From the human T2T-CHM13v2.0 reference genome, Homo sapiens, in the NCBI RefSeq assembly GCF_009914755.1, contig NC_060947.1: a stretch of 64,000 nt of DNA; one strand, written 5' to 3'. Each line of letters begins with the position of its first letter. The stretch's first letter is position 1. The notes under the pieces are model-generated. The model was not told where the DNA came from. It ran no database searches and worked only from the letters and a program-made list of their open reading frames with translations. Of the stretch, positions 16,701-35,758 are shown one piece after another. Both the position numbers and the translations under genes were made by a program.

Positions 16701-19700
16701 AATCAGTTGTTCTTAATAGATCAGATTTTTAAAAGCTCAAGATCTGGTACTATTTAGGTCTGGGAGAGCATCCATAAACTGATGATGACCATTTATCGTA
16801 TGTTTTCTCTGCTTAACTGTGATAGTATAATTGTGTTTTAGAGCTGTTTACTCTTCTTGAAAATGACTGGTTTCAGTTTGTTTCCCCTCACATCTTATAG
16901 ACCTTTCTTAGCTGGCTTTCTTTGTTTGTTGCCATGAAATTTTTAGGACACTAAGTCAAGGAATAGTAGTCATCATTTGGTTGCTCCTTTGCATTTAGGG
17001 GGTGCAAATTAGTCCTGTGTCTTCTTTGGGGTTACTCTCAGTTCAGGTGCTTTTATCTCCTTTTTACCTTAATTGTCTCTTAGCTCCTTTAGTTTACACC
17101 GAAAAATTATCCCAATGATATAAAGTCCAGTAGACTGATAATAAGTTTTTGATTTGTGCTATAGTGATTAGTGATATAACCCATACTGTGAAAAGAGGCT
17201 GTGTATTTGTCTTCTAGTGACTCACTTGAGAGACAGAGTTCTTGGAATTAACCAGTGGGGACCTGAGGCTCTCCTCGGGAACCTCTTTAGGGATCTGTTA
17301 AGGAGGATGTGCTTGGTGATGATGTTTTCAGCAGATACAGAAGATATGATTTGTTTGGGTCCTTGAGGAGTCCTCCCAAGTCCCCTTTTGAAATAGAGGA
17401 GAATAGAAATTATAAGTGAATTTAAAATCTCTGGAAGAATCATTTTCAGGTCTTGACACTGTATTGAATATATTAAAGAAAAAGTCTTACATGATTTTTC
17501 TAGGAATGATCTTACCACATTTTACATATATCTGAGGGCTTTTGCTCCACACTGGTCTATGGTCCATACTTATTCCATGGATGCTTTTTTGGTTAGAGAC
17601 ATTAATTCTAGCTTGAATCTCAACACAAACGATGGCTCCCTAAGACTTCTCAGGACCATTTTAGAGATGCTCACAGCACCATATCACATTGGTTGCCACG
17701 TACAAACTCCCCTGCCTTGTCTCTGGAGACACAAACATGCTGTTGCATACCTTGTCTTCTAAATTTTTTCTCTCTAGGAGAGGCAGTGGACTCTTGTGTT
17801 ACTTAGCCCCTGGCTATCTCCCTCAGGCTCTCCTGAGGTTCTGCCCACCATGGACACGGTGCAATGGTGCATCAGCTGCCCCATACTGCCACTCTCCTGG
17901 TCCTTCACCAGCCTTCTCCATCAAAGTGTAGCTTTGCACCTTCGACATTTGCTTTTAAAACTTACTTTAACTAAATCGTTATCTATCCATCCATCCATCC
18001 ATCCATTCTGCAACCATTTAAGAAGAGTTTGTATGTAAAATTTTTTTAACTAGTTGGCAGTTTAACACAGATTCCTTACAGTTGTGTGTCGAAGAGATCT
18101 ATGGAATTTTCAAAGCTGTTTTTTATTGTTGCACTTTGGCAGAGCTCCGATGCAAAGGGAGTATGATGCCCTTTCCACATAGGCGTTATGTGCAAAGCTC
18201 AGTGGTTTCCAACTAATCCTAAGACACAAACACTCAGAATGGCAGTTTAGGCTCTTTGTACACTTATGGAAAACCTAAAGCTTTGACACGTTTTACCTTA
18301 ACTGGATAACCTCTCTTTTCATGTTAGAATTGTCTCTTACGTTGCTCTGAATGTGTTCTTTCTAAGATCCACATGTACGTTTCTGCTTAACGTCGCTAAC
18401 AGTGTTTCTAAGAGTTCCAAAGGCTCAAGCAGCTGCCTTTGCTGTTCTCTGTCCCTTTATGGTCTTTGTGAGCTGAGGACGTTTCCCAATATCTGTACAT
18501 GTTATCTGTCTACGATTACTATTTCTAGGCCTGAAGGGGAATGGGGATGAAATAGGGTTCTGAGAGTCCAGGGAGAGCTGGACCTGGGTAGGAAGAGCCA
18601 CCCTGTAGAAGCTGTCATCTAGAAGGACACAGCCACGATCTGAGTCAGGGTGCAGATGCCTGCAGGGAAGGAGCAGGGAAGACATCCCCCAGCCCCTCTC
18701 TCCTCTTGTCTTGTGATGCCTTCCACTGCTAAGCCCAACCAGAAGCTAGCTGGCTAGGAAGCGTGGGTGACAATCTGCAGCATTGGGTTCCTGAGGCCCA
18801 GGGCCGGGCTCATGGGGGTGGAGGACGGATTGGAGGTTGGGCAAATGGAGAATAACCAACACACTTAGATCTATTTGTGGATGAGACAGTCTATCACTAT
18901 TTAGGTTTGAAAAGTCGCTGAGATATTTCAGTTACCAAGATATAAGTTGGCAAACAACTCAATGGTTTAAAACCTGATGCCTTTAGGATATAGGGACTTT
19001 ATTGATCTGGGGATAGACTCTGTTAATATAATTTAACAGAAAGTGAAACTTAGCATTTTTTTCTTTGTAATTCCTTTCTAGGTCTGGGCTTTGCCATTTA
19101 GTGCTCATATTTAGGAGTCCTTTTATTTAATGCTGTAATTCTAATGACCTAACTGGAAGAGATTAGTGAGTACATTCAAGAGATGAGGCCCCCCACACTG
19201 TCACAGGCTTGCTCGATATCAGATTTTTTTTTCTTTTTTGACACTCTCAGGTAGCTTTCTGGCAGAGATTACTGACTGAAAGGTAGACTAGGAAATGGGT
19301 CCTTATGTTATTTAATGGCTGAGCATGCAGGTTCTCATGGGGAAAATTGGAAGTCAGAGCTTCACAGACTACCATTCTACATGAACAAAAAAAAGTGACT
19401 TCCAATTAGTGTGTCATGGGAACAAAACTCTCCCAAATCAAACCATCTGTAGCAATAGCAATATTTGCAGCAAAATTTTTTGAATGCATAGTAAAACCAG
19501 AATTGTGTAAATCATTATTCATTTTTAAACATTCTAGTCTGTCCCAAACTACAATTAGATCCTTTCAATAGTTACAGTAGCACAAACTGGCCTTGCTATG
19601 GTGTCAGTTTCAGCTTTCAAATAGAGGACAAGATTTTCCTCTGGATTTATATTTTGTATTTTAAACCAAGTGTGAAATGAAGCTTTAAGTCCTAAAGGAG

Positions 19701-20498
19701 GGCTCAGTCGGTCTAGGATAATGAAATGTTAAATAAAAAAGAGAATAATTGTGTCTTTTGGAGAGAAACGAACTCTTTCAGATCTCTGTAATCCGGTATA
19801 GTACAGGATTCCTGTTTACTGTACAAAGAGATATCTGAAGAGCCCCAAGTAATTGCCACTTCTCCAAGACATAAACATTGATCATCATGTTTTCCAACAA
19901 ACCTCACTGGACAGTTTACATTTCTTTTTAGAGGGTCATTTTCTTTTATTAAGTACATTGCTAGAATTCTCATTCTTTGATTATGCAGGCAGAAGAGACA
20001 TTGGTGTCTGTGTATGTGCTGTGAGTATGTATCTCTGAGGCAGGCTACAAGTTTTACAAATAAAAATGAAGTTCAAGAAACATAGTAACCTTTAAGTCTA
20101 AATGTTGTCTTCTGACATTCAAGCAGACAAAAGAGTTATAAAGAGTTTATAGCTCAGCTCTCTTCTTAGCAGTCATTCTATCACAAACACTCATATGAGT
20201 ACCAATATAATGAGAGTATGTTTTACCAGATTATCATTTAGAAACTGTTTTGACAGCAAGTTAGCTGAGCATTTAGCAGTGCCAGAATAATTTCATCAAG
20301 GCCAGTGCTTTGTTACAGAGTGAGTTGGTCTAAGAAACTTAATTGCTGTTGATAGGTTACTTGTTATTCGAAGGCACATGCTTGAGAGAATTAATGTTTT
20401 TAGTCTTCCAGGTGTTTTGAGTATTTGTTCTTTCTTTTTAACAATACTTTTTGTGTGTCAGCTATTGAGGGAAACTGATATACTTCTTTTGTTTTTAA

Positions 20499-21596
<1,098 letters not shown>

Positions 21597-22101
21597 TAGG
21601 GAAGCAATACTTGGCCTAATCTCTGTTTTTTTGTTTTTTGTTTTTTAAATCTATTTAGATCAACCGTTGAGTACTCAAGAAAAGTCAAATTTTGTTTTTA
21701 GTGATCTTTTTTTTTTTCTTAAATGTTCTTTTCTGGAATATTTTGTTGAGAGAATCCTATTTTGATTTATTACAGAATTCATCAGCTGTATCAGTTAGGT
21801 TTTAGTTTTTCTTAAAATACAGTGTGAATTCATGGGTATTTTCTCTGATCTCTCCAAACCACATTTGCTTAAATCAAAAGCTTTTGCTAGTACCTTACTC
21901 AATATTTTAACTGAATTTAAAAGTTTTAAATTTGTCCAGAACTACAGATAAATTTAACTTCATACCAGGATAAATGTTAGTTTTCAGTCTTTTGGATTGT
22001 TTTTAAATCTTAAAACAGCATTTTTAGCATAATGCTTCCTCCATCTTATTCATCGTCAAACTCTAGAACTGACCTAACCTGCTTAAAAGAAGTAGCATTC
22101 C

Positions 22102-22222
22102 TTCACTTGAACCTGGGAGGCAGAGGCTGCAGTGAGCCAAGATCACACCACTGCACTCCAGCCTGGGCAATAGAACGAGACTCTGTCTCAAAAACAAAAA
22201 CAGAAACAAAAACAAAAAAAAC
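22102..22222 (+). mobile_element. 5'-truncated Alu (3' part of right arm) with TSD
   Basis: TSD aagaagtagcattc at 22087-22100 and 22223-22236. Confidence 0.9.
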
Positions 22223-22504
22223 AAGAAGTAGCATTCTTACAGTAGAGCATGTTTTAAAAATAATGTTATCATGATTTCATCTATAAAGTACTGTGCCCAG
22301 TGCCTGGCACAAAGTAAGTGTCTAACAAATTTTAGTTATTCTTGCTGCTTCTGTGATTGTGGAGGCTGATATTTGGACATTGAACACCTTTTCTATGCTG
22401 GGTGTTCCCAGGCACTCAAAAGAGTCTGAGAGAGCTCTTGCACTTGAGAAACTTACCTGCTCTTGGGGAAGATAAACTGATACATGATAACAATGAAATA
22501 AGTA

Positions 22505-22819
<315 letters not shown>

Positions 22820-25370
22820 AATGAAATAAGTAAGACCTAAGTCAATATGGCACTGGCTATAAATAGGAACTGAGAATAGAGAGAGGTCATTGTGAGCAGA
22901 AGCAGTTAGAAATGGCTTTACAGGCAACTGAAGGTCTTTCTCTGGGCTAGGATGTATAGACAAGCTTTGAATTGGCTGAAGAGTGAAGGTATGTTCAGGT
23001 ACGTCCTGAGCTAGGCAACATGAAAAGCTCTAGCTAGAAAGATGAAAAGAATAGGTTCCCTGTCGTCTTAAGTGTGTGGGCTGGCAGGGGACACTTGTCA
23101 ACAGATAAGTTGTTCCACTACTGTGAGGTTACATTCTGGCTACTGTGCTAGAGGCATGCCAGTGTGGCAAGGGAGCGAGACAGTCCAAGTTGTGAGTTGT
23201 GGGAGCTCCTAGAACAGGTGGCACCTGAGCAGAGACTTCCAGAAAGGTTGGGAAGAAAGTGACAGTGACCTCAGGAAAGAGGGAAGAAAAGAGCATTGGA
23301 AGGAGAAGGAAGGTAACAGATGTTACATAGCATGGTATGCTTTGGGCATTGCAACTTGTTCCACTTTGCTGGAGTGAAAAATGCAAAATTTGGAGTGGCT
23401 TTTGCAATAATTCAAGCACGAGGTGAAGAGAATATGTTTGGGATTAAGTCAGTGCCAGTGGGAAACGGAGTGGATCTTCTACTCCTCAGAAGTAGAAACA
23501 ATAGGATTTGTGATTTGAAGGATTGAATATAGGAAAAAGGAAGACTTCATGGTTTCTTTTCTAGGACCTCCTTTTTGGAGTGAAAGAGAGTAGTTTTGAA
23601 GTCACCTAATTCAACCCCTTCATTTCACAGATGAGCATGTCGAAGCTCAGAGAAGTTGGGTGAGTTGCTCCAAGTTTACCCAACCAGCTCAGGATGGAGC
23701 TGGGATTATGAGGCAAGCTCCAGGTGCTGAGGCCAGCTGCTTGCCACTGGTGTCTTGCGGACATGTTGAATTTGAAGTGACCTTGGCCTCTAAGCAGAAG
23801 TGTGCTCTAAGAGGCTAAAAAGATGGTCTGGCACCCAGGTGAAAGGAGAAAGCAAGAGGTGCCCATTTGCAGAGGCTGGAAGTGGAGTCAGAGGAATGGT
23901 CAGAGGAGCCCTGAGGAGATGCTGTCGGGAGAAAGAACCTCCAGAGCCTAGAAAGATCTGGCAGCTTCCTGCAGAGGAGACATGGAAGGGAAAATTGGGT
24001 AAAATGTGCTAGCATTCAGCATGGTATAAAATGGAGAAGAAATCGGAAAAACAAATAGCTTTTTAACTTAGAAAAAGTAATTGCTCTCTGAGAATTCCAG
24101 GAAAAGAATTTTTGTGAACATGGTGGTCATAAACGAATTATAAACAGTTACTGTGGGCTAAGCACAGATCTGTTACAGACTGTGAAGGCCAGTTCAGGAG
24201 GTACAGTGCCCAGCTGCAAGAAAGTACAAGTTTAAAAGCACAAAGATACCAGAAGGCTGGAAAAGTAACTTAAGCTGTGAGTGAATCCTAGGAATCACTC
24301 CCATGCGAAGTATCGGGCCACCTTGAAAAGCACAGAGACTCTTACTGAGTTTATATTAGATGTTAATAATTTGTTTTCTTAAAATAATTTTTGTAGAGGC
24401 CTTTGTAAACAGTACAGGTGGTAAAAGTCAAATGAGACATTTTCATAAAATAGAAAGAAGGAAGGCTATGTTGGATGAATTCCTGCCCAGAATCCTCAGA
24501 GTACATTTGGAGAATGAGAGGGAGAAAAATAATCATATTTTAAATCTTAAATAAAATGTTTTTGATATGTCACATAGGCTTAAGGTAATGCCCTTTTCTG
24601 TGCATAATATACAGATATACGATGCAGCGAACTCCTTCTAATGACTTGGTAATTTTCTTCCTTAATCTTTTTTTCTGATGATAGAAAATGCTGTGTTTTT
24701 TCCCCTCGGTGAACACCATTGTGGACCGAGTACTGTTCTTAGCTTGTGACTCACTTCCTTGAGAGAGAAAGATAGTGGTATGTCTTTGGAGATGAGCACT
24801 ATCATGATTTGGCTTCAGAAAATACATGAAACATAAGTGCTGTTATCCTAGAGAAGATTAAGACAAGAATTTAAGCACATAAACTATAGTAGTTAAGAGG
24901 ATTTTAACACAAAAAATTATTAAAAGGACTTACTCTATTCCTTGATATATTCAAAAATCATTTATTTTCATCTGACTTTGCCATATAAGTCCTGCATGAA
25001 ATATACTTTTGGAACTGCACAGTTCATTTTGGAGAACTCAGACTTAAAATCTGCTAGAGAAATTTCAGATAAACTAATAGAATTCCTAATCAGAGGGCCG
25101 CTCAGAACCATGACTGTCTAGATATTAGAATGGTAATTTTTTTTGTTTTTAATAATTAATTGAACTATTTTCAGACTAATTTGTTCTCTGCTTGCCTTAA
25201 CTTTAATGAGAATTTTACTTTCCATCTGTGTGAAATTTGACTTATATTACATTCATCAGATTATTCACTTTTATGGGACTATTTGTATTTTAGCCAACTA
25301 ACATTTTTTATTTTAGCTGGTTATGGTCCTAGTTCTACCAAATAAAGGCCATGATGAGTTCCATCCCTAG

Positions 25371-25538
<168 letters not shown>

Positions 25539-25717
25539 TAAACATTTGTTCAACATCATTACTGCCTAGCTTTTAAAATGTATTAATACCCAGTCTCCCA
25601 CAAATAAGTTGAAGTGGCTTATAAAGTAAGTAGTTTTCCTTGTGGCATAATTCTGAGTTTTCTTTCAAAAAGATCATTAAGTCAATTATAGATTGATTAG
25701 GTACGGTTCTAAATTTG

Positions 25718-26004
25718 GGCCAGGTGGCTCACACATGTAATCCCAGCACTTTGGGAGGCTGAGGTGGGAGGATTGCTTGTGTCCAGGAGTTCAAGACCAG
25801 CCTGGGCAACATAGCAAGACCCCATCTCTACAAAAAGTTTAAAAAATTAGCTGGGTGTAGCAGCGTGTGCCTGTAGTCCCAGCTACTCGGGAGGCTGAGG
25901 CAGGAGGATTGCTTGAACTGGGGCAGTCAAGGCTACAGTAAGCCATGATCCTACTACTGCACTACAGCCTGGGCAATAGAGTGAGACCCTGTCTCAAGAA
26001 AAAA
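25718..26004 (+). mobile_element. AluJ-like occupying half of the 552-nt intron 13
   Basis: Alu consensus with J-type gaggattgcttg diagnostics. Confidence 0.9.
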
Positions 26005-26048
26005 GTCATAGGCAATATTGTCATCAATGTGTGGCTTAACTTTTATAA

Positions 26049-26510
<462 letters not shown>

Positions 26511-27725
26511 TAGAACTTGTTGGTGAACAAGATAGTCAAAGATCTTCACCATCACGGAACTCACTTCCTCGGGAGGAGAGATGGACACTAAACATAATAA
26601 TTATATAGAGCAGTAAAAGATATTAAGTGCTACAAGGGGGGAAAAAATAGAGCAAGGCATCCCATTGCCCACCCCACCCCACCCTACTCCTAATCCCCTA
26701 TCACTCACCTGTTGAGAGTCTTTTGGTGGCTTCCCATTGGCATCAGGACAAAATCTGAATTCTCTAGGATGTCATTCCAGACTTCCCATGATCTGGCCCT
26801 TGCCATGCTCTCCAGCCACTTTCTCCCCCACCCCCCAGGTCTCTCTCGTACCCAGCCTATGGGACTGCACAGGCTGTGCCCTCCTCTGGCCTGTAATGTA
26901 CTCTTCCTCCTGCTGGAACAGCTTGTTTCTGTCCCTTTCTTTAAGGTCCTCTTCAGTATAATATCTTCCCACAGTTTGTTCCAGATGGACTGAAACATTT
27001 TCTTCTCCGTTCTGTCTGTCGTACCTTGCCTGTAACTCTGATGTAACACTGACCACATTGCACTGATTCTTTGTCTGAGTTCTCTCTCACAAGGTTGTGA
27101 GACATTCAGTTCTCTTCGTGTTCTCTTCTTTTTATTCTCATTGACTAGTACACTGCCTCGCACAGTTTCATAAATATTTGTCAATTGAATTAAAGAAAAA
27201 TTTCAAGTGTACTTGCACGGGCTAAAATGTACTTTGTTATTTAGCAGACAACTAAAACAGATGCTTTTGGGGTTGTACAAACTTAGGAGACATTGAATGA
27301 CAAAGGCAATCCCTTTTAGTAACTATGCAGTAATAGATTGTAAAGCCCTTGGGCATTCCAACACCCTGGTGGAGAAAATGGACAGCAAGCCCACAGGGCC
27401 AAGAGCAAGGCCTTGGGTCAGGAGGCCTGTAAAGCCTTCAAGAGTCACCACAGCTTTCTAAAGCCTCCTATGCCCATGTTGCCTAACTTCCCACTATTTC
27501 TGTTGTTTTAAGAGGATAGTTGGAAAGGGGCAGGATTTGGGGCGGGGGCATGGAGAACTGCTTAGTCATTTTAATTAGGAACCCCAGCTAAATAAATGCA
27601 CAGAAGTGTTATTTAGGACTAAATGTATATTTAATGATTAGGCTACTCTGTTCCTTCCCTTCCAGCCCCACCTTTGGAAAAGCATAAGGTATTGATTGAA
27701 TATGCCATTTTTCCTGATACCATGA

Positions 27726-28071
<346 letters not shown>

Positions 28072-28987
28072 CTAAGCTTTTAATTAAGATTTAATTTAAT
28101 TAAAATATTGTAACATACATGTGCAAAAGCCTTTTCTTCTATCACCAAAGCATTACCTCCAAAATGTAGCATAGGTGTGTTATTTCTATAGATGTCTGGA
28201 GAATATACATTAATATAAAATGCTAATGGAGATTTAAGTTAGTTAGTCTTTGACCTCTGGAAACACGGTTTTATTTTGATTGCAAAAAAAAATAAATTGG
28301 TTAATTCAGAGAAATACTTCATATGTCTCTACCTCATTAGTAGAGAGGGTAGTGAGAGCTTGGCAGGTGGAATGTTTTAATTTTAAAAATTTCAGATATA
28401 GAAGGAAAATATTTAACTAGATGAAACATCTGAAGACATCTGTCATTTCAATGATACTACTAAGTCCTAGAGGAAGATTTGGTGGTATCATTGAAATAAC
28501 AGATGTTTCCAGAATGCTTCCTGTTTTCATTCCTATTGGTCAAGAGTCAAGTGAAATTGTGTCATTTATCTTTATATACAGTCTGTATATTCCTTTTGTG
28601 GTAAAATTTCCAGTATATTTTTATTATAACCATTCTTAGAAATTGACAGAAAAAGTTAATAACTATCCCCCCAAAAGCAGAAAAGTATTTATTCACATAC
28701 ATTATATTTTATCTTTTTCTTTTCATTTAGAATTTAGAGAAAAATAATATTTTTGTAGAAATAGCTAAATTTCTGTGTAATTTTGTTTAAAAACGAGTGA
28801 TACTACCTCCCAAGTGTCAAGGCTTAAACTGTAGTTTGTCTGTTTCAGCACACATATTAATTACTTCAAACTAAGAATAGATTTTACATTGTTGGTCTAT
28901 GATAAGAAAGCTTTAACTTCAAAGAATGCCAAAACGGTGGCAGGGAATGGTGGTAGGGGCTACAAGATTCACACTTGAAAATACCCT

Positions 28988-29323
<336 letters not shown>

Positions 29324-29549
29324 TTACTGTTTTCAATACACATTACTTGGTGTTAACTAACCCTTGCAAATTAGTGTCATAAGCAGTGGATGGAGGGACA
29401 AGGTTCCCTGGAATGCCTTCACCCTCAGAAAACACAAAAGTTATGTGAAGAGCTGATGAGGATTTTTATATGTTTGTTTGTTGTTTTATTTGTGTTAGAG
29501 AAAATGCAGTAGGATAACGTGAAAACTGCTTTGACCAAAAGAGAACATC

Positions 29550-29878
<329 letters not shown>

Positions 29879-30979
29879 TGAGCATTTTGGTTTGTTTTTA
29901 CTCTTCCTTTTTTTAATTGTAGATTTAAGAGTTGAAATAAATTCTGGATGAGCTTTTTAGTGTCCTTTCTCCTGCTAGGCCTTTTTTTCTCTAGATAAAT
30001 TATTGAATAAGGAAAATGTGATTTTTCATTATTGGTAACTTTTTTCCAGTTTGGCATTTAGATTAAATATCATGTAAGGGAAAAAAAATCTCCTGGATTA
30101 TTAAATACCTGATACGCTTTCCACTGTGTTGTTCTGATATGAATGATGACTTTTGCGGTCTCCTTTTGTTGACATTGAGCCAGGTACACTTTGCTTAGCA
30201 TTTGATGTGCATCGTCTCAGTCAGTTCTCATAGTCACACTGTGCTTCCATGCTAGTGGCAGGGACACTGAAGCTTGGAAAAGTCGAGGAACTGGCCCGGT
30301 GTTGGACAGCCAGTAACATGGAGAAGGGAGCCAGGGTTCAAACTTAAATGGGCTCCGACTCCAGAGCTCATGGTTGTTACCTCTGTGCTACCTGTCTGTC
30401 ATTCAGGGTAAAAAGAAATAGGGGAACAGTCCTTTATGCTACCATAAAAGCATAATGGTAATGAAAGGCACAAATGATGTGGCAACTTTTCTTATTCTTT
30501 TATCTTTTTTGTGTCGCATCTAATAAATATTTAGGGAGAGAATTACAGTTTTATCAAGATCCATTAGCAAATCTGTCTGAGGAGTAAGGACTTTAAGAAA
30601 AATAATAATGTAGACTTCTTCTCAACTACCCTGAAAGACTGCCCAGGTTCTCTACCAAGAGCATAAAATGGGACATCACTGTAAGACACTGGATTTGGAA
30701 CAAGACCAGTCTGTCAGAGAGTCCCTCTCTGGTGTTTGTTGCCAGAAGTAACAGAAGGGCCTTATGTCAGTACTCCTGACTCCATGTGATGTCACAATTT
30801 GGACCCTGTTGATAAAGTTACATCAAGGTTTCAGTGTTGTTGTGCCCTATAGTGAAAATTACTTAATTATTCTTAAAACAATATAAAAAATGACTTCTTA
30901 AAAGCTATAAATACACTTTTGCTGTATAAGCACAATTTACATCCATTGCCTATTTATAAAATGACAGTCTTAATGTTCG

Positions 30980-31200
30980 TGACTAAGAGTTTAGACTCTG
31001 GAAATAGGATATCTTGGTTGATGGCAACTTGTCTATCAATCAGAGGACTGTGTCTATTTGTCTCTTGGTTTCCTCATGTGTAAAATAGGGCTAAGAATGG
31101 CACCTCCCTCATAGGGTTCATGTGATAATTAAATGAGGCAATGCATTAAAAGCACCTAGAATAATGCCTGGCTCCGTAAGCATTCATTAATGTTAGTGAC
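30980..31200 (+). mobile_element. MIR
   Basis: ttggtttcctcatgtgtaaaataggg...aattaaatgagg...aaagcacctagaataatgcctgg. Confidence 0.65.
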
Positions 31201-32035
31201 TGCAGTTACTATCGTTGTCATCTAACTTCAACATCAGGTGTTTCCCCTCCATTTTGATGATAAACTTTGGTGTTCTTTCTCCATGTGACTGTTTTAAGCT
31301 CCCTAGTATATAGAAAAGATCTGCGAATTAACGTGAGAACACAAGTATAACTTCTTTACTTACCAGTGTTGACCATTTTCTGGTGTGGCTTTGATAAGTC
31401 ATGACAAAATTGTCTAAATGGTGAGAATACAGAAGTGCAGAAGGAATTGGATTCTCTTGATTATTACATAATGAAGTGGTGATGATTTAAAAGAGTAACA
31501 ATTACAGATTACCTTAGTCCTGTGAAAATTAGGTCAGATCAAAATTAAATCCAAATTTGAGATAGACAGTGTTAGTAATGTATTATTTCTGTCTTTTGAT
31601 AATCAGTTTAAGTAGAACTTGTTTTACGCGTGGATATGTACAGAAACCTAAAAAGAGTTGTTTTAAAAAGAATGAGAGGCTCAATTGGGATGTTGAACTT
31701 TAGTTGAGTCTTCATCAGGTCATCCTTATTCTAGTATTGCTGTTATGAGACTTGAGAGTTCCAGAATTGCCAGTGATGAACTGGCTCTATTCTTTTGTTT
31801 CTGTTAACTCTTCGTGATAATGCTGCTATGACGTATTTCCTTCCTTCATCGCATCTCACTTAGTCTGTCATTAGTTCAACTTGACTCATCTTGATTTTTT
31901 TTCTTGAACAAGCTCTCGAATTGGTTCATCAGATTCTTCATATTTGAGAGAAATGCACATTTGGTAACTTACAAAAAACATCAAAGAGCCTTGTTATGGT
32001 AATATAGTGAATTGCTATTCTTTGTTGCGAGGGGA

Positions 32036-32318
32036 TGGAGACAGGGTCTGGCTCTGTTGCCCAGGCTGTAATGCAGTGGTGCAATCTTGGCTAACTGCAA
32101 CCTCTGCTTCCTGGGCTCAAGCTATCCTCCTACCTCAGCCTCCTGAGTAGCCCAGACTGTGGGTACATGCCACCATGTCTGGCTAATTTTTGTATCTTTT
32201 GTAAACATGGGGTCTCACTATGCTGCTCAGGCTGGACTCCAGCTCCTGAGCTCAAGTGACTGACTGCCTCAGCCTCCCAAAGTCCTGGGATTACAGGCAT
32301 GAGCCACTGTGCCTGGCC
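32036..32318 (-). mobile_element. AluJ-like (antisense)
   Basis: Reverse Alu; flanking gtgaattgctattc duplication. Confidence 0.9.
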
Positions 32319-32945
32319 GTGAATTGCTATTCCTAAATAATCTCTTACCTAAGGTCAGTCTGTTTTTCCTTGGTAGTTGTACTTCAGATTTACTTCAGGA
32401 AGAGAATATTTGTACAGTGTACCCCTTTCTTGCAATGGAAAAGTCAAGCTACTATGTTATATTTTAAAGCAATAAATAGATATTGCAGTATGATATCCAG
32501 AGCTGTTATTCTGGCCATCTCAGTTATGTAGAACCCACTTAAGAATCAGGAGATAGCCAAAATATCTCAGAACAAGCAAAATAGAGTTAATATGGTGGGA
32601 TTAATCATCTTTACTAATAGGATAACACCCCTACCCTCATTTGGAGTCTGTTCTTCATTTATGCTCAGTTCTAGCAGGCAGCACTGAGGTTGTCAGGGCA
32701 AGAAATAGTTCAAGGTAATACTACAGTATGCAGAGGGAAAAGGATCCAAGCAATAGCTATGGAGAGAAGCAGGTTGGAAAATCATACATATCATAGATCT
32801 CTATGGAGTGTGTGTTTATAAAACAGGCAGCTTCACTTTGCTTTGAAAGACAAAATGTATAAATATGTTTAGAAAGACTGCTGTCAATTGGGTTAAAAAT
32901 TGATGTTTAAAGAGTAAACCAAATTACTTAGAAATCCCACTAGTT

Positions 32946-33312
<367 letters not shown>

Positions 33313-35169
33313 TTATGAATATATTGATATCCATTAGTGCTTGTCATCATAACTTTCAGAGTTACTCCCGTAGAATTATTCACTGACTCTCTCTTCTCAC
33401 ACATTAGCTAACCACGCTTATCACATCGCCAGGGGAGGGGCAGGTGGCAGAGAAAGTGTCACAGAGTAATGCTCCTCACCACTTCAGCTCACCTTCCATG
33501 CTGCTCTCAGAGGGATTATACTGAAGTCCCATAAGCCTGACCATGATGCTCCCCCGCCCCATTCCCTAGCTGTCAAACCTGTCCCCTACCCCCAACAAGA
33601 GTCTGTGAGCAGCTTGAGTGAGATCAGATTCGTTCTTTTATTTTTCTCTGTTTCTTCAACACCTAACACAGGGCCTGACATGTATAAAGTACTTGCTGAA
33701 TGTTGGTTGAGTGATTCATTGGATTTTAATTCCTTCCTTTCTTTAGGTGAATCTTTGGAATTGTGTCTCCTCTTGGACCCTTATGGAAATAGCTGTCATG
33801 TTAGATAACGTTAGAGTCCCATGCCTGTGTGCCTGCTTACCACTTGTCTCATTGCCCTCCTCCCGTACTGTTTTGGTCCCAACTGCTGCTCTGGAGAAGG
33901 TGCCAGGTGACTGGATGAATAGTCCTTCTCAAAGCTTCTGTCTCTGAGATTGATGTGAACCCCCTATTTACCCTTCTTTTGTGCTGCTCCTCTTTACCCC
34001 ACTCAGCACGAAGCTGCTGTCTTCCAGGTGGAATCACAGGGGCCAGAATGCGCAAATGAGGGAAATGACCAACCACACCCTTACCCATATGGCTCAGTTC
34101 CAGCTGTCAATGTATAACTCATTCTGCATTCCTTTATACAACACAGCTTTTCAAGTGCCTTTGTTCCAGCCAGCCTCTTTCCATCTGTCTCTGAGTCACT
34201 CTGTCAGCCTTTTCTCCCTTCCCTTTCTGTGTTAATTCTTTGGGTATGTATGTTTCTGCATAGCTTCTCGCTTGTTTTGTTTTTCCTCTCTGACATCCTT
34301 CTTTCTGTCTTTGGTGATGCAAACACACGCTTCGCTCCTAGTTTTCACCCACCAGTTCAAGGGTAATTTATTTCTTTTTTTCATTTGGCCTCTGGGATCT
34401 TTCTCTGCCTGGATCTTTGAAAATGTCCCAATCATTCCTCTATCCCCACCTGGGCTGTGGTTTATCCAGTGCCTCTTGAAAAGCCCCTGTAGAGGGTCTT
34501 TGGCCCATCTTCCCTGTGTCCTGGGGACCCAACGATGCAACATGCAAACTGCAAACATTGAGCTTTCCTTTTATTACCCTCCCCTTCTCACTTTCATCTT
34601 ATTCACCGTTTCATCCTGCATAGATTCTCCTCTTACCATGCAAGATCCTACTTCCTCCTAGGACTGGTGTCTCAAGCCTTCATTTCCTCTTGTGCCAGCA
34701 TTAACATTCTTACAGTAATGCCCATTCACATTCTGAGATGGCAGTCATGATGAATATGTCTTCCTTAAAGATTTGCTGGATTGGCAGAAAGCACTTTTAC
34801 CCTCAACACACCTGTGGTATTTTGTGAGACTTCATTCTGCTTGGTAAAAACTTCTACCCATTAATCTGAATATTCTGTTGTGCTTCTAGGTTGTGTTTTT
34901 GCAGATAGTATTGTGGAACGACATAGCTTTTTCATAAACGTATAATTCTTTAACCTCTAGAAGTTACAGAACGTTAAAAATAGTATTGCCATTTCTACTA
35001 GATGCTCTCTGAGGCTCCTTTCCATCCAGAGTCATGCTTTTGTGATTCCAGAAAACCCCACTCTTCTGCAGTGTTCCTTACCAATGGCAAGTGACTGAAT
35101 GCTGTGTCTTGGAGTTTAGCTTACGACAGTCTGTCTTTAAGCCCCATGCAAGAGGGTTTCATCTCCTTA

Positions 35170-35590
<421 letters not shown>

Positions 35591-35758
35591 AAGACTCTTA
35601 AGTTTTCAACACTTACCCATTTCATCATGTCTGAAGTTTTCTGGCTTTCAAAATTATAAATGTATCATTCTGAGTTCAGAATACCTGGTGGTGTCAGTGG
35701 TATCAAGCTTAATGTCAGTATTTTCAGTTAGAAGCTTTTCCCCCCGCCCCGTGAAAGC

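Noticed and set aside
18510-18870. GC-richer island in intron 11 as a hidden exon
   Set aside because: Resembles a degraded ancient LTR; no convincing splice-site pair, and I could not assign the family by eye.
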